From: an uncultured Gemmatimonadaceae bacterium
GTDB taxonomy: Bacteria > Gemmatimonadota > Gemmatimonadetes > Gemmatimonadales > Gemmatimonadaceae
Assembly: GCA_963817955.1 (NCBI GenBank)
Contig: CAWFQK010000002.1
Span: forward strand, 224,001-288,000
DNA length: 64,000 nt
Direction of reading: 5' to 3'
Part shown: piece after piece, positions 1 to 11,302 of the stretch
How the letters are laid out: each line of letters begins with the position of its first letter
How positions within the stretch are numbered: the stretch's first letter is position 1
Notes under the pieces: generated by a model
Seen by the model: the letters and a program-made list of their open reading frames with translations, nothing else
Databases searched by the model: none
What the model was told of the DNA's origin: nothing
Program-made: the position numbers and the translations under genes

Positions 1-362
1 TCGCCCACCTGTCCAATGAGGTACCTGGTGTGCGAGACGAGCAACACGGACGCCGTCGTGCCCATGCCTTGCTTGTCCGTCTCGGTGATCGTGCGGTCGT
101 GAATGTTCCTGTTCGCCTTGCGCAGCGCATCCTTCACGCGCTCGGCAGCGCCGCGATCACCCAGATCGCGCACGCTGGCCAGCTCCAGCTCGATGATCTG
201 GACTGCCATCTCGCTCGCAACCTCACCGGCGGCGTGCCCGCCCATGCCATCGGCGACGATGAACAACCCGCGATCGATGCCGGCGTTCACGGCATAGTTG
301 TCTTCGTTCCCGGACCGGATCATGCCAACGTCAGTCCGCGCGGCGTGAAGCAGACGCACCAT
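1..362 (-). CDS. PP2C/Stp1-family Ser/Thr protein phosphatase (5' part; runs off window edge)
   Basis: Manual translation from ATG at 362: MVRLLHAARTDVGMIRSGNEDNY...LFIVADGMGGHAAGEVAS...GMGTT; abuts the FHA gene stop at 363. Confidence 0.9.
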   Translation of the reverse strand, partial: MVRLLHAARTDVGMIRSGNEDNYAVNAGIDRGLFIVADGMGGHAAGEVASEMAVQIIELELASVRDLGDRGAAERVKDALRKANRNIHDRTITETDKQGMGTTASVLLVSHTRYLIGQVG

Positions 363-1640
363 TTAGCGATTCAGCAAGAAGAAGCCGGCCGTCGCTGCGA
401 CGACCAGCACTACGACAATCCACACCCACGCGGGGAAGCCAGCTTTGGCGGACAACTGAACCGGCGACGTGCTCGCGACAATAGGCGCCGGCATCGCCAG
501 GGTCTCGCGCAATTTCGAGCCATCCACGCTCGTGATGACGCGCGTCCCCATGGTAGTATCGGCACCGGCGCCATGCGGACGGAAGGCCATCGTCACGCCG
601 CCAAAGCGTACATTTTGAGTGCCATCAAGCCGTCGCTCGGCAGTGATGCGCTGCCCGGCAACATAGGTACCGTTCGTTGAGCCGACGTCCACCAGATACC
701 ATCCGTCATCGCGACGTTGGAGCTTGGCGTGCGTGTCCGAAACACTATCGTCGCTGATTGCGACGTCATTATGCGCGCCTCGACCGATGTGCGCGAGCGG
801 CACGCAGATCTCGAAGATCTTGGCTTTGAACGGACCGTCGCTCGTGATCTCGAGCGTCGCAAACACCGGTCGCTCTTCGCCCACCGACGCGGTCGGCACG
901 ACCGTGGCGGCCGGAACCACCGGCGCCGCTGCAGACGCGGGAGCCGGAGCAGGCTTCGTCGCGGCAGCGGGCTTGGCCACCGTAGCCACCGGAATGTCGG
1001 CGTAGAAACGGAGTTCCTCGGTACCGATCCGAATCACATCGGCGCGCGACAGCATTTGCGTCTTGTCGATGCGCATGCCGTTGACGAACACGCCATTGGC
1101 ACTGAGGTCGCGAATCTCATAACCGCCTGCGACTGGAGCGACTTGAGCATGATTGCGCGACACCTCGTTCTGCGCCACGACCACGCCGCAGCTCGCGTCA
1201 CGACCGATCGAGATTCCGTCGGCCGGTACACTGTATTCCTTGCCGTCGAAGAGTGACACGAGACGCCCACCAGTGGCCGCGGTGGCGCGCGCCGGTCCGG
1301 AGCGTTTTTGCTCCATGGCCGCCACCGTGGTCGCCGATACGAATTGCGTGGCGCCAGCCTTCGAATCCTCGGAGTACAGCAGCTCGCAGCCGCCGATTTC
1401 CACCTTGTCGCCGTGCATCAGCGGCGTCGGTTCGACGAGCGGAATGCCGTTCACCCGCACCGCGCCGGCATCGCCAGTGCGGCGGATGACCGCCCGTGTA
1501 TCATCTGTCACGTCCACGATCGCCTGGACCCCGAGCGCTGCATCGGCATCGACCCGGACATCGACGGCAGCGCCTGCACCCAGCCGATTCGGGCCGGGAC
1601 GCAAGGAATACCGCTGATCGTTGACCTGGATGACCGGCAT
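363..1640 (-). CDS. Multi-FHA-domain protein with C-terminal membrane anchor
   Basis: FHA motifs IGRD...VSRNHA...DLSANGVFVNG and IGRG...VSDTHA...STNGTYVAG, plus a degenerate N-terminal FHA; hydrophobic C-terminus. Confidence 0.85.
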   Translation of the reverse strand: MPVIQVNDQRYSLRPGPNRLGAGAAVDVRVDADAALGVQAIVDVTDDTRAVIRRTGDAGAVRVNGIPLVEPTPLMHGDKVEIGGCELLYSEDSKAGATQFVSATTVAAMEQKRSGPARATAATGGRLVSLFDGKEYSVPADGISIGRDASCGVVVAQNEVSRNHAQVAPVAGGYEIRDLSANGVFVNGMRIDKTQMLSRADVIRIGTEELRFYADIPVATVAKPAAATKPAPAPASAAAPVVPAATVVPTASVGEERPVFATLEITSDGPFKAKIFEICVPLAHIGRGAHNDVAISDDSVSDTHAKLQRRDDGWYLVDVGSTNGTYVAGQRITAERRLDGTQNVRFGGVTMAFRPHGAGADTTMGTRVITSVDGSKLRETLAMPAPIVASTSPVQLSAKAGFPAWVWIVVVLVVAATAGFFLLNR

Positions 1641-1765
1641 GTGAGTGCGCTAGCGCGACGGTCCGAATCGGGATACGGCAGCGCAGGCGAGCCTCGCGAC
1701 GCCGGCGTCGGGGAACGGAGTGACTCCGGCAGAAACTATCCCATCGCCCCTCTGGCTCGCAAGCG

Positions 1766-3604
1766 TCATGCGCCCGCCTGGAGCGCGTCGCGCAGCGCGC
1801 CTGCCTGTAGACGATACAAGCGGTCGTAGAGGCCCCGTTTCGCGAGCAACTGCCTGTGCGTGCCGCGCTCGCGGACTTGGCCATGGTGCAGCACCAGGAT
1901 CTCGTCAGAATCGACGATGGTGCTCAATCGATGTGCAACCGCGATCGTCGTGCGTCCCTGCATCAACACGCCAAGCGCTCGCTGAATGTCCGCCTCGATC
2001 TCGCTGTCCACGGCGCTCGTTGCCTCATCGAGCACGAGCAACGCGGGATCGGCGGCGATGGCGCGCGCGAACGACAGCAATTGTCGCTCGCCAACGCTGA
2101 TCGATGCGCCACGCTCGCCCAGCTCCTGCGCGTATCCGTGCGGCAGACGCCGAATGACGCGATCGGCACCGACGCGCGCCGCCGCTATCGCCACGTCTTC
2201 TTCGGAAATCGGATTCGACAATCGGATGTTGGTCAGGACGTCGCCTGCGAATAGAAAGATGTCTTGCTGAACGTAGCCGATGAGCGCGCGCAGATCGGAG
2301 AGCGACAGATCGCGCACGTCGATGCCATCCACCAGGATGCGGCCGCGCTGTGGATCATAGAAACGGAGAAGCAGGTTGATGATCGTCGTCTTCCCTGCCC
2401 CCGTGTGACCGACGAGCGCGAGCGTCCGGCCAGGCTCGACTATAAAGCTCACGCCCTTCAATACCCACTCCGGCGACACGGACTGGCCTGGATCGCGGGC
2501 GACGTGGCCGAGATCGTACGCGAACCACACATCCTGGAACTCTACCGTCACGCCAGGCCGGTGGAGCGGTCGAACGGTTGAGTGGTCGAGTGAACCCACT
2601 CCTCCTCCTTCCGCAACCGTCGTGTCCAACAGTGTAAAGACACGTTCGCTCGCTGCCATCGCCTGCTGTAACGTGTTGAACTTGTCCGACAGATCCTGGA
2701 GCGGTTGAAAGAATCGGCGCACGAGTTGGAGGAACGCAGCGACCGTGCCCACGGTGAGCGACCCCGCTTGCACGCGGTGCGCGCCGGAGACGATGAGGCT
2801 CGCCAGGGCGATCGACGTCAACACCTCGATGGTCGGGAAATAGAGCGCGTAGTACGTGATCGCATCGAGATTCGCCTGGAGATGGCCGCGATTCAGCTCC
2901 TCGAATCGCTGCCCCTCGGTGGCTTCGCGTCCGAAGAGCTGGACCACGCGCATTCCCGAAATGCGCTCCTGCAGAAAGGAGTTGATGCGCGCAATGCGGG
3001 AGCGGATGTCGCGATACGAGTCGCGCACCTTCGCGCGGAAGACATGCGACGCCCAGCAGACAAACGGAATCACGGCGAACGACGCCAGGGCAAGACGCCA
3101 ATCGGTGGCGAGCATCATCGCGCTGATCGCCAGCAGGGTGAACAGGTCACCGAGTCCCGCCACGACGCCCGCGGTGAACAGCTCGTTCAGCGACTCGACA
3201 TCCGACGTCACGCGCGTCACCAGCCGCCCCACCGGATTGCGGTCGAAGAACACTACCGGCAATCGCTGCACATGCGTGAAGATGTCACGCCGCAGGTCGC
3301 GCATCACCCGCTGGCCGAGGAGACTCGTGAATATCGTCTCGCCATACTGACAGGCAAATGCAATGACGAGCGATGAGCCGAACAGCAGCGCCCACCGAAC
3401 GGCAAGGCCGGTATCGTGCGCTGGCAACGCAATGTCGATGACGCGCTGCGTCATCAGCGGCCCGACGAGCTGCAGCAATCCATCGAGCATCAAACAAGCG
3501 AGCGCCGCGGCCACCAGCCAGCCGTACGGCTTCACATATACGGACAGGCGGCGAACGAGACGGGAATCGTACGCTTTGCCGACGACATCTTCTTCGAGGT
3601 GCAC
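1766..3604 (-). CDS. ABC exporter, fused permease/ATPase (MsbA/MdlB-like)
   Basis: TM domain, Walker A GHTGAGKT, signature ISVGERQ, LVLDEATS, AHRLST. Confidence 0.93.
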   Translation of the reverse strand: MHLEEDVVGKAYDSRLVRRLSVYVKPYGWLVAAALACLMLDGLLQLVGPLMTQRVIDIALPAHDTGLAVRWALLFGSSLVIAFACQYGETIFTSLLGQRVMRDLRRDIFTHVQRLPVVFFDRNPVGRLVTRVTSDVESLNELFTAGVVAGLGDLFTLLAISAMMLATDWRLALASFAVIPFVCWASHVFRAKVRDSYRDIRSRIARINSFLQERISGMRVVQLFGREATEGQRFEELNRGHLQANLDAITYYALYFPTIEVLTSIALASLIVSGAHRVQAGSLTVGTVAAFLQLVRRFFQPLQDLSDKFNTLQQAMAASERVFTLLDTTVAEGGGVGSLDHSTVRPLHRPGVTVEFQDVWFAYDLGHVARDPGQSVSPEWVLKGVSFIVEPGRTLALVGHTGAGKTTIINLLLRFYDPQRGRILVDGIDVRDLSLSDLRALIGYVQQDIFLFAGDVLTNIRLSNPISEEDVAIAAARVGADRVIRRLPHGYAQELGERGASISVGERQLLSFARAIAADPALLVLDEATSAVDSEIEADIQRALGVLMQGRTTIAVAHRLSTIVDSDEILVLHHGQVRERGTHRQLLAKRGLYDRLYRLQAGALRDALQAGA

Positions 3605-3740
3605 GCTGGGACTGGTAACTGGTTACTGGTCACTCGCTGTTCGTCGTTCCTTGGCCGGTGCCACTTCAAAACTAGTTCAGCTCACGATGAGCAGGATCGG
3701 CCGGACCATGAGTGGCGGATTCGGCGGTTTCTGCCGTGCT

Positions 3741-3756
3741 TGGTATGCGCGTTGCG
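3741..3756 (+). promoter_or_regulatory. Putative sigma-54 -24/-12 promoter
   Basis: TGGTATGCGCGTTGCG (GG-N10-GC), 41 nt upstream of the GlsB-family ATG. Confidence 0.5.
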
Positions 3757-3797
3757 TGGTGCGAGTCTGACCGACCCTTTATTTTCGGAGGCTTACT

Positions 3798-4064
3798 ATG
3801 GGTATCATCGCGTGGATCGTGCTCGGCCTCATCGCGGGCGCAATCGCCAAGGCGCTCATGCCGGGACGCGATCCGGGCGGGATCGTCGTCACGATTCTCA
3901 TCGGCATCGTCGGCGCCTTTCTCGGCGGGTTCCTCGGCAACCTCATCACAGGAACCGGACTGAATGGGTTCTCCCTCTGGAGCATCCTGCTCGCCATTGT
4001 CGGCGCGCTCATTCTGCTCTGGATCTATCGCGCGACGACGCGGACGCGCACGACGAATCTCTAA
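3798..4064 (+). CDS. GlsB/YeaQ/YmgE (transglycosylase-associated) stress membrane protein
   Basis: MGIIAWIVLGLIAGAIAKALMPGRDPGG; RBS GGAGG. Confidence 0.9.
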   Translation: MGIIAWIVLGLIAGAIAKALMPGRDPGGIVVTILIGIVGAFLGGFLGNLITGTGLNGFSLWSILLAIVGALILLWIYRATTRTRTTNL

Positions 4065-4084
4065 GGAGATGTTTGAGTGACCCG

Positions 4085-4123
4085 CCGCGCGCGGCAGGCC
4101 GACCGTGGGCCTGCCGCGCGCGG
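4085..4123 (+). terminator. Perfect 16-bp hairpin between the glsB paralogues
   Basis: CCGCGCGCGGCAGGCC-N7-GGCCTGCCGCGCGCGG followed by a weak T tract. Confidence 0.5.
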
Positions 4124-4199
4124 TGCGTTTCAGCACCATCCTGCACATGATGCTGCCTTGGCTCTTCCATCGCCGGGCCGTCCAGGCGAACCTTTCCGT

Positions 4200-4463
4200 A
4201 TGCCACTCTGGCTCTATTGGATTCTGCTCGGGCTCGTTGCCGGCTCACTGGCCAAGTTCCTCATGCCGGGTCGCGACCCCACTGGATGCATTTTCACTGT
4301 GCTCCTGGGAATCGTCGGCGCAATGCTTGGCGGCCTGATCGGCGCGCAGCTCGGATGGGGAAAGGTGACACAGGGTGAGTTCGATTTCCGCTCGATCGGA
4401 ATCGCCACCTTTGGGGCGCTCATCCTGCTGACCGTCGGTCGTATAATGCGGCGCCGGCGCTGA
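4200..4463 (+). CDS. Second GlsB/YeaQ/YmgE-family protein
   Basis: [27 protein letters not shown]. Confidence 0.85.
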   Translation: MPLWLYWILLGLVAGSLAKFLMPGRDPTGCIFTVLLGIVGAMLGGLIGAQLGWGKVTQGEFDFRSIGIATFGALILLTVGRIMRRRR

Positions 4464-4534
4464 GCGGGAGATCGGCGACCACAGAATGCGCTTCGCCATC
4501 TGTTCGGTCCCGAACTCCGGCTAAATTTCGTTGG

Positions 4535-7420
4535 ATGAAGGACTTCATCATCGTCCGCGGGGCTCGGCAGAATAATCTGAAGGGGTTCGATGTCCAGATC
4601 CCCCGCCGCGCACTCACGGTGGTCACCGGACCGTCCGGCTCCGGAAAGTCCTCGCTCGCCTTCGACACCATCTATGCCGAAGGGCAGCGGCGATACGTCG
4701 AATCGCTATCCGCCTATGCGCGGCAGTTCCTCGAGCGCATGGAGAAGCCCGCCGTCGACTCGATCGAGGGGCTGTCTCCCGCCGTGGCGATCGAGCAGAA
4801 GAACTACACCAAGACCTCACGGTCTACCGTCGGCACGTCCACCGAGATCTACGACTACTTCCGCCTGCTCTGGGCACGCATTGGGCGAACGTTCTGCCCG
4901 CTCTGCGGCCGGGAGATGAAGCCCGACACAGTGCAGTCGGTGTCTGACATCATTCTCGGATTGTCGGAGGGCACGAAGTTCTTCGTCACATTCCCGTTGC
5001 ACCTGTCGCAAGAGGTGACGCACGATGTGGTGGTCGAAAACCTGCGCGCTCAAGGATTCGTGCGCGTCAGCGTCGACGGCGTCATCAAGCACCTCGACGA
5101 CCTGCTCAACGAAGCGATCGACGTCACGTTTGCCAACGAACTGCTCGTTGTCGTGGATCGGCTGGCGGTTGGCGACGAAGCGCGCTCGCGCATGGCCGAC
5201 GCCGTGGGCACCGCCTTCCGCGAGGGAGACGGTGATTGCGTCATCGTGTTCACCGCGCCGATCGTGGTCGCGCCGATTGCCAACCGCCCGTCTTCCGTCG
5301 CGCGTTTCACCGAGCGGTATGAATGCGCCACCGACGGCACGCGGGCGCCATCGCCCTCGCCGCAGCTCTTCTCGTTCAACAGTCCCCGCGGCGCTTGCAA
5401 GCGTTGTAACGGCTTTGGGGCGACACTCGAGTACGACGAGGCGCTCGTCGTTCCCTACCCCACGCGGTCGTTGCGCGACGGCGCGATCGCGCCGTGGACC
5501 ATGCCACGCTACGAAAACAAACGCCGAGCCCTCGCCGAATTCGCGAGAAAGGAAGGCGTCTCCATGGATGCGCCATGGGAAACGCTGCCCGTCGCGGCGC
5601 GCGACAAGCTGCTCCGTGGAAAAGCAAAGGGGTTCAAGGGCATCCTGCCGTTCCTCGTGGACCTCGAGGACAAGAAATACAAACAGTACATCCGCGTGTT
5701 CCTGCGGCAGTATCAAACGGCACAGGAGTGCCCCGACTGCAAAGGCACCAAGCTGCAGCCGGAGGCATTACAGGTGCGCGTCGCGGACCGCACCATCGCC
5801 CAAGTCAGCGAGCTGCCCGTGGATCGGTTGCTCGCCTGGTTGGAGACGGTGACCCTCACGTCGTTCGAGCAGCAGGTGGCATCACACATTCTCCACGAAG
5901 CACGCGACCGCGTGCAGTTTCTCTGCGACGTGGGCCTCAACTATCTCACCATGCAACGCGCCACCCGTACGCTGTCGGGAGGCGAAGCGCAGCGCATCGG
6001 CTTGGCGAACTCGCTCGGTTCGCGGCTCGTCGACACGCTGTACGTGCTCGACGAACCGTCTATCGGCCTGCACTCGCGCGACATGGCACGCCTGCTCAGC
6101 CTCCTTCACCGTCTGCGCGACGCAGGCAACACGGTGCTCGTCGTCGAGCACGACGCCGACGCCATTCGCGCCGCCGACTACATGGTGGAGTTGGGACCGG
6201 CGAGCGGCGAGCAGGGCGGATACCTGGTGTTTGACGGTCCGACCTCCCGCATCGCCGAGAGCCCCCTCACCGGCGCGTATCTGACGGGCGAAAAGGAGAT
6301 CCCCATTCCGGCGGCACGGCGGCGGCTCGGACCTCGGTGGATCACGCTCACCGGCGCACGCGAGCACAACCTCAAGGGCGTGGACATCAAGATTCCGCTC
6401 GGCGCCGTCACGGTCGTGACCGGTGTGTCAGGCTCTGGCAAGAGTACTCTCATACACGACGTCCTGGCTCGCGCTGTCGAGACGCGCCTGCACGGCGAGC
6501 ACAGTGCCAAGCAGTACCTCGGCGAACGGGTGGGCGCGTACGACACGCTCACCGGTATCGAGGCGATCGACGACATCGTCATGATCGACCAGAGTCCGAT
6601 CGGCAAATCGCCGCGGTCCAACCCGGTGACGTACGTCAAAGCGTTCGACGAGATTCGCCGGATCTTCGCCGACGCGCCATTGTCCCGCGAGCGCCGATAT
6701 ACCGCCGGCACGTTCAGCTTCAACGTTGCCGGAGGACGCTGCGAGACGTGCGAAGGCGCGGGATACCTTCAGGTCGAGATGGTGTTCATGGCCGACGTGT
6801 TCGTGCCCTGCGACGACTGCGGCGGCAAACGCTTCAAGCCCGCCGTGCTCGACGTGCGCGTTCACGGCAGAAACGTGCATGAGGTACTCGAGCTCACCAT
6901 TGACGAGGCGATTCGCTTCTTTCCGCGCGAGGAGAAACTCGGTCAGGCGTTGTGGCAGCTCCAGCAAGTCGGGCTCGGCTACCTCAGGCTTGGCCAGCCG
7001 GCCACGACGCTCTCGGGGGGCGAGGCGCAACGCCTCAAGGTGGCGCGGGAACTGGCCCTCACGAGCAAGAAGACAGGCAAGAAACTCTACATCATGGATG
7101 AGCCGACTACGGGTCTCCATCTCGACGACATTCGCAAACTCGCGCACGTGTTCGATCGACTGGTAGACGCCGGACATACGCTCGTGCTGATCGAGCACAA
7201 CATGGACGTCATCAAGCTCGCCGATTGGGTGATCGACCTTGGTCCGGACGCGGGTGATCGCGGAGGCGAAGTCGTTGCAGCCGGACGGCCCGAAGAAGTC
7301 GCCCGCGTGACCGGTTCGCACACCGGACAGTGGCTGCGAACCGTGCTCCCGGGGTTCGAGGAATTCGATGCTCACCATCCGCGCCGAGCCTCCGCGCGGC
7401 GAGTGCCACAAGCGGTTTAA
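4535..7420 (+). CDS. uvrA: Excinuclease ABC subunit A (UvrA family)
   Basis: [36 protein letters not shown], two LSGGEAQR motifs, Zn fingers. Confidence 0.95.
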   Translation: MKDFIIVRGARQNNLKGFDVQIPRRALTVVTGPSGSGKSSLAFDTIYAEGQRRYVESLSAYARQFLERMEKPAVDSIEGLSPAVAIEQKNYTKTSRSTVGTSTEIYDYFRLLWARIGRTFCPLCGREMKPDTVQSVSDIILGLSEGTKFFVTFPLHLSQEVTHDVVVENLRAQGFVRVSVDGVIKHLDDLLNEAIDVTFANELLVVVDRLAVGDEARSRMADAVGTAFREGDGDCVIVFTAPIVVAPIANRPSSVARFTERYECATDGTRAPSPSPQLFSFNSPRGACKRCNGFGATLEYDEALVVPYPTRSLRDGAIAPWTMPRYENKRRALAEFARKEGVSMDAPWETLPVAARDKLLRGKAKGFKGILPFLVDLEDKKYKQYIRVFLRQYQTAQECPDCKGTKLQPEALQVRVADRTIAQVSELPVDRLLAWLETVTLTSFEQQVASHILHEARDRVQFLCDVGLNYLTMQRATRTLSGGEAQRIGLANSLGSRLVDTLYVLDEPSIGLHSRDMARLLSLLHRLRDAGNTVLVVEHDADAIRAADYMVELGPASGEQGGYLVFDGPTSRIAESPLTGAYLTGEKEIPIPAARRRLGPRWITLTGAREHNLKGVDIKIPLGAVTVVTGVSGSGKSTLIHDVLARAVETRLHGEHSAKQYLGERVGAYDTLTGIEAIDDIVMIDQSPIGKSPRSNPVTYVKAFDEIRRIFADAPLSRERRYTAGTFSFNVAGGRCETCEGAGYLQVEMVFMADVFVPCDDCGGKRFKPAVLDVRVHGRNVHEVLELTIDEAIRFFPREEKLGQALWQLQQVGLGYLRLGQPATTLSGGEAQRLKVARELALTSKKTGKKLYIMDEPTTGLHLDDIRKLAHVFDRLVDAGHTLVLIEHNMDVIKLADWVIDLGPDAGDRGGEVVAAGRPEEVARVTGSHTGQWLRTVLPGFEEFDAHHPRRASARRVPQAV

Positions 7421-7460
7421 GTCGCTGGTGGGGCTGAGGTTGTGCGACTCTGCGTCCCCG

Positions 7461-7488
7461 TTGACTTCGACGCCTCCTTCGCTACCTT
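7461..7488 (+). promoter_or_regulatory. sigma-70-like promoter of tRNA-Asn
   Basis: TTGACT-N16-TACCTT, 10 nt before the tRNA. Confidence 0.55.
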
Positions 7489-7498
7489 ATCAGTCTGA

Positions 7499-7571
7499 TC
7501 CCAGGTAGCTCAGTCGGTAGAGCAGCGCACTGTTAATGCGCGGGTCGGGGGTTCGAGTCCCTCCCTGGGAG
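7499..7571 (+). tRNA. tRNA-Asn(GTT); CCA not encoded
   Basis: Acceptor TCCCAGG/CCTGGGA, D arm AGCTCAGTCGGTAGAGC, anticodon arm GCGCA-CTGTTAA-TGCGC, T loop TTCGAGT. Confidence 0.97.
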
Positions 7572-7585
7572 CTTGAGGAAACACG

Positions 7586-7619
7586 AAACGCCATCGCCAC
7601 GCGCGGTGGCGTTTTTTTT
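7586..7619 (+). terminator. Intrinsic terminator after tRNA-Asn
   Basis: ACGCCATCGC...GCGGTGGCGT stem followed by a run of T. Confidence 0.75.
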
Positions 7620-7694
7620 ACCGCGATGTTGGCACGTTCACTGCCCAGTAATGACATTCCCTCTTCATCCAGTGAACTCGCTCCACGGATTCAA

Positions 7695-8795
7695 ATGATG
7701 TGCTGTCGTTCTTCGATGATGTTGTTCGCCGCCGCCGGGCTCGCCGCCTGTAGCGCTCAAGCAAGCACGAAAGGCTCCGCGGCCGGCGACTCGTCGCGTA
7801 CCGCAAGCGGCACCGTCGGCAAGGCGGCATCACTAGCGACGTCCCGCTCCGCCGCCATACCGGCCACGATCACCGCGGGCGATACCGCCCATCCGCGGCT
7901 CAACCCCGGCCGCAACGCGCACGACAGCGTGTCGTACCTTTCGGCCATTCGATCCGGGGGACGGATGCTGGCGAAATGGCCCGCTGCGCCCACGCCACTC
8001 CCTGGCTCGCTCCTGCCGGCCAAACGCATCGTCGCGTTTTACGGGAATCCGCTCTCGAAGAAGATGGGCGTGCTCGGCGAATACCCAGTCGATCAGATGC
8101 TGGCCAAGCTCGACGAAACCACCGCTCTATGGCGGAAAGCTGATCCGTCGACGCCGGTGCAGCCGGCGTTGCACCTGATTGCGGTCGTCGCCCAGGGGGC
8201 TCCGGGACGCGACGGCATGTATCGGTTACGCATGGACACGGCGTTGATCGAGAAAGTCTACGGTTGGGCGCAGCAGAAGAACGCGCTGCTCTTCCTCGAC
8301 GTACAGGTGGGCCACAGCACCATGCAGCAGGAGTTGCCACGCCTCATGCCATTCCTCGCGCGGCCGAACGTACACCTGGCGATGGATGCCGAGTTCTCCA
8401 TGCATTACGATCGCGAAGGAATGCCCCCCGGAAAAAAGGTGGGACAGTTCGACGCAGCGGATGTGAATTGGGTGTCGCAGCAGCTCCAGCAGCTCGTGAG
8501 TGCAAAGCATCTGCCGCCAAAGGTTCTGGTCGTGCACCGTTGGACACGGAAGATGATCTCCAACGCGTCGCGGATCACGCTCGATCCGCGCGTACAGATC
8601 GTGATGGACATGGACGGATGGGGTCCGCCCTGGCTCAAGTTTGACTCATATCGGGACTACGAAGTCGCCGAGCCGGTGGAATTCACCGGGTTCAAGCTGT
8701 TCTTCCACAACGACGTGAAGAAAGGCGACGCGTTGCTCACACCAACCGAGGTGTTGCGTCTGCTGCCGAGGCCGATGTACATCCAGTATCAGTAA
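7695..8795 (+). CDS. Conserved hypothetical lipoprotein
   Basis: Lipobox LAAC; conserved-looking core VAFYG...LFLDVQVG...MDMDGWG...GFKLF; start uncertain. Confidence 0.7.
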   Translation: MMCCRSSMMLFAAAGLAACSAQASTKGSAAGDSSRTASGTVGKAASLATSRSAAIPATITAGDTAHPRLNPGRNAHDSVSYLSAIRSGGRMLAKWPAAPTPLPGSLLPAKRIVAFYGNPLSKKMGVLGEYPVDQMLAKLDETTALWRKADPSTPVQPALHLIAVVAQGAPGRDGMYRLRMDTALIEKVYGWAQQKNALLFLDVQVGHSTMQQELPRLMPFLARPNVHLAMDAEFSMHYDREGMPPGKKVGQFDAADVNWVSQQLQQLVSAKHLPPKVLVVHRWTRKMISNASRITLDPRVQIVMDMDGWGPPWLKFDSYRDYEVAEPVEFTGFKLFFHNDVKKGDALLTPTEVLRLLPRPMYIQYQ

Positions 8796-9466
8796 GTCGC
8801 GCTGACGACTATCCGGATCAGGCGATCGAGTTTCGGAAATTCGCGGTCGACGTACAGATTGCCGCCGCTGACGAGCGGCCCCTGCTTGCCCGCGCGCACG
8901 CCGCCACCCGACGTCTCGCCGTAGCCCGAGTACAGCCGATCGACCACATCCATGCCGTCGATCACGCGGCCGATCGGCGCGAAACCCTGTGCGTCGAGAC
9001 GCGTATTGTCCACGACGCTGATGAACAGCTGCGTCGTCCGGGCATTCGGTCCGGTCATCGCGAACGCAATCGTGCCGCGCACATTGCGCTCCCGCACCGT
9101 GTCATCCGGGAACGCGCGATCGTACCATCGCTTGGCGACAACTGGGTCGCCGGCAATGCCGAACTGCGCAATGAAGCCCGGCACCACGCGCGTGAAGCGC
9201 GAGTCGTCGAAGTATCCAGCGCGCGACAGATTGTAGAAGCGGTCAGCACCCAGCGGCGCCCACGCGCGCTCGATACGAAGGACAAAGGTGCCCTGAGTGG
9301 TTTCGACGCGCGCGGTGAACGCGTCGGGCGCTTGAGCACGCCAGAACGAAGCGGCTGGATCGAGCAGCACCGCATGGCGCTCGTCGGAGCCGAGCGATCC
9401 CAGACCGCCATGAAAACAGGCGGTCGCGCCAAGCAAGAGTGCGAGAACGAAAGAGATGCGTCGCAT
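8789..9466 (-). CDS. Cyclophilin-type peptidyl-prolyl isomerase (lipoprotein)
   Basis: [37 protein letters not shown]; lipobox ATAC. Confidence 0.88.
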   Translation of the reverse strand: MRRISFVLALLLGATACFHGGLGSLGSDERHAVLLDPAASFWRAQAPDAFTARVETTQGTFVLRIERAWAPLGADRFYNLSRAGYFDDSRFTRVVPGFIAQFGIAGDPVVAKRWYDRAFPDDTVRERNVRGTIAFAMTGPNARTTQLFISVVDNTRLDAQGFAPIGRVIDGMDVVDRLYSGYGETSGGGVRAGKQGPLVSGGNLYVDREFPKLDRLIRIVVSATY

Positions 9467-9611
9467 GGTGACGAAAGGTGTGAGCGCGCCGCAACGGCCG
9501 CTACCCGTCCGGCGCCCCGCTGGTTCGCATGGAGCGAAGGCTCGACCACACGCGGTGACGCGGATCGTAGCGGTGCACGTATATTCCAGCGCACCATCAC
9601 CCTCTCTCGAC

Positions 9612-10136
9612 ATGGCGAACGACACGTCAGCGGCGAACGGCCAAACCCCATGGGTGAGCGTCATCATGGGGAGCAGATCTGACCTCAAGTACATGCAGGC
9701 GGCGATCGATACGCTTGCCGAGCTTGGGGTGCCGCACGAAGCAAAGATCGTGTCGGCGCATCGCACGCCCGACCGGATGTTCGAGTTCGCCTCGACGGCG
9801 GAAGTGCGCGGCATCGAAGTGATCATTGCGGCGGCAGGTGGCGCGGCGCACCTGCCCGGCATGGTCGCCGCCAAAACCACGGTGCCCGTACTCGGCGTCC
9901 CGGTGCCGGCGACGACGCTCAACGGACTCGACTCGCTCCTCTCGATCGTTCAGATGCCGAAGGGCGTTCCGGTGGGAACGCTGGCGATCGGCGAGCCGGG
10001 TGCGGTCAACGCCGCGCTCCTCGCCACGTCCATCGTGTCCATCACACGCCCCGATGTTCGCGAGCGCCTTCGTGCCTGGCGTCAGCAACGGACAGACGAC
10101 GTCCTCGCCAACTGCGATCTCTCGCCGCGGAGTTGA
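9612..10136 (+). CDS. purE: N5-CAIR mutase
   Basis: [36 protein letters not shown]. Confidence 0.96.
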   Translation: MANDTSAANGQTPWVSVIMGSRSDLKYMQAAIDTLAELGVPHEAKIVSAHRTPDRMFEFASTAEVRGIEVIIAAAGGAAHLPGMVAAKTTVPVLGVPVPATTLNGLDSLLSIVQMPKGVPVGTLAIGEPGAVNAALLATSIVSITRPDVRERLRAWRQQRTDDVLANCDLSPRS

Positions 10137-11272
10137 TGCCGAGCATTGGACCGGGATCGACGATCGGCATACTGGGCGGTGGTCAGCTAGGACGCATGAC
10201 GGCGATGGCCGCGCGCACGCTCGGCTATCACGTGCACGTGCTCGACCCCGATGCCGAGTGCGCGGCCAGCGCCGTCGTCGATCGCGTGGTTGCCGCGAAG
10301 TTTGATGACGCCGATGCAGCTGCGGATCTCGCGCGCCATTGCGACGTCGTCACACTGGAAATAGAGCAGATCGGCGTCAATGCACTGCACGCAGCGTTGC
10401 GTCACGCTCCAGTGCGGCCCGGTCCGGCGATCATCGCTGCCGTACAGGATCGGGCGGAGCAGAGGCGCTGGTTGTCGAGCAACGGCTTCCCAGTGGGTCC
10501 ATATCGCGAGGTACACGACGCCGACGAGATCGCAGCGGCCGCGCACGAGCTCGGGCCGCTGTTCGTGAAGGCCTGCCGTGGCGGCTACGATGGCCGCAGC
10601 CAGGTGCGTGTACACGCAGCGAGCGAGGCAGCCGATGCCTGGCGCGGCGTCGGACGGCACTCCATTGCTGAACAGGCGCTCGAGCTCATGGCAGAGTTGT
10701 CGGTGATGGTCGCGCGGCGGCCGAGCGGCGAGATTCGCGTCTACCCGCCGGCACTCAACTTCCACGAGCGACAGATTCTCGCCTGGTCGGTGATCCCCGC
10801 ACCGCTACCGGACGAGGTGACGCGTCGGGCCGAAGCCATCGCGCGAGGCATCGCCGAAGCGTTCCAGCTCGAGGGCCTACTGGCCGTGGAGCTCTTTCTC
10901 CTCCGCGACGGCACGCTGCTCGTCAACGAGCTCGCGCCGCGTCCGCACAATTCGTTTCACCAGACGGAAGTGGCGTGCGCCACGAGCCAGTTCGAACAGA
11001 TCGTTCGCGCGGTGTGCGACCTCCCGCTGGGCGATCCGCGTGTGCTTCGCCCGGGCGCAATTTACAATCTGTTCGGCGAACTGTGGGAGCGCGGTACGCC
11101 GGCGTTCGAGGCGGCATTGGCCCAGCCGGGCGTGCGCGTCCATCTCTACGGCAAGCACGGCGCGCGTGCCGGCCGGAAGATGGGGCACCTCTCCGCGACC
11201 GGAGACACACCTGAGGACGCCCTACGCCGCGTCCGGCAAGCCGCGGTTTCGATCGGCGCGGCGGCAACGTAA
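10136..11272 (+). CDS. purK: N5-CAIR synthetase
   Basis: GILGGGQLGRM, GYDGR, NELAPRPHNS, HLYGK, RKMGH; TGATG coupling to purE. Confidence 0.95.
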   Translation: MPSIGPGSTIGILGGGQLGRMTAMAARTLGYHVHVLDPDAECAASAVVDRVVAAKFDDADAAADLARHCDVVTLEIEQIGVNALHAALRHAPVRPGPAIIAAVQDRAEQRRWLSSNGFPVGPYREVHDADEIAAAAHELGPLFVKACRGGYDGRSQVRVHAASEAADAWRGVGRHSIAEQALELMAELSVMVARRPSGEIRVYPPALNFHERQILAWSVIPAPLPDEVTRRAEAIARGIAEAFQLEGLLAVELFLLRDGTLLVNELAPRPHNSFHQTEVACATSQFEQIVRAVCDLPLGDPRVLRPGAIYNLFGELWERGTPAFEAALAQPGVRVHLYGKHGARAGRKMGHLSATGDTPEDALRRVRQAAVSIGAAAT

Positions 11273-11302
11273 GATTCTCCTTTCGCTCGGGGATTCTACA
11301 TC

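Noticed and set aside
7536..7694. N-terminal extension of the lipoprotein ORF
   Set aside because: Overlaps tRNA-Asn and its terminator
9467..9611. Purine/ZTP riboswitch before purE
   Set aside because: No recognisable consensus elements
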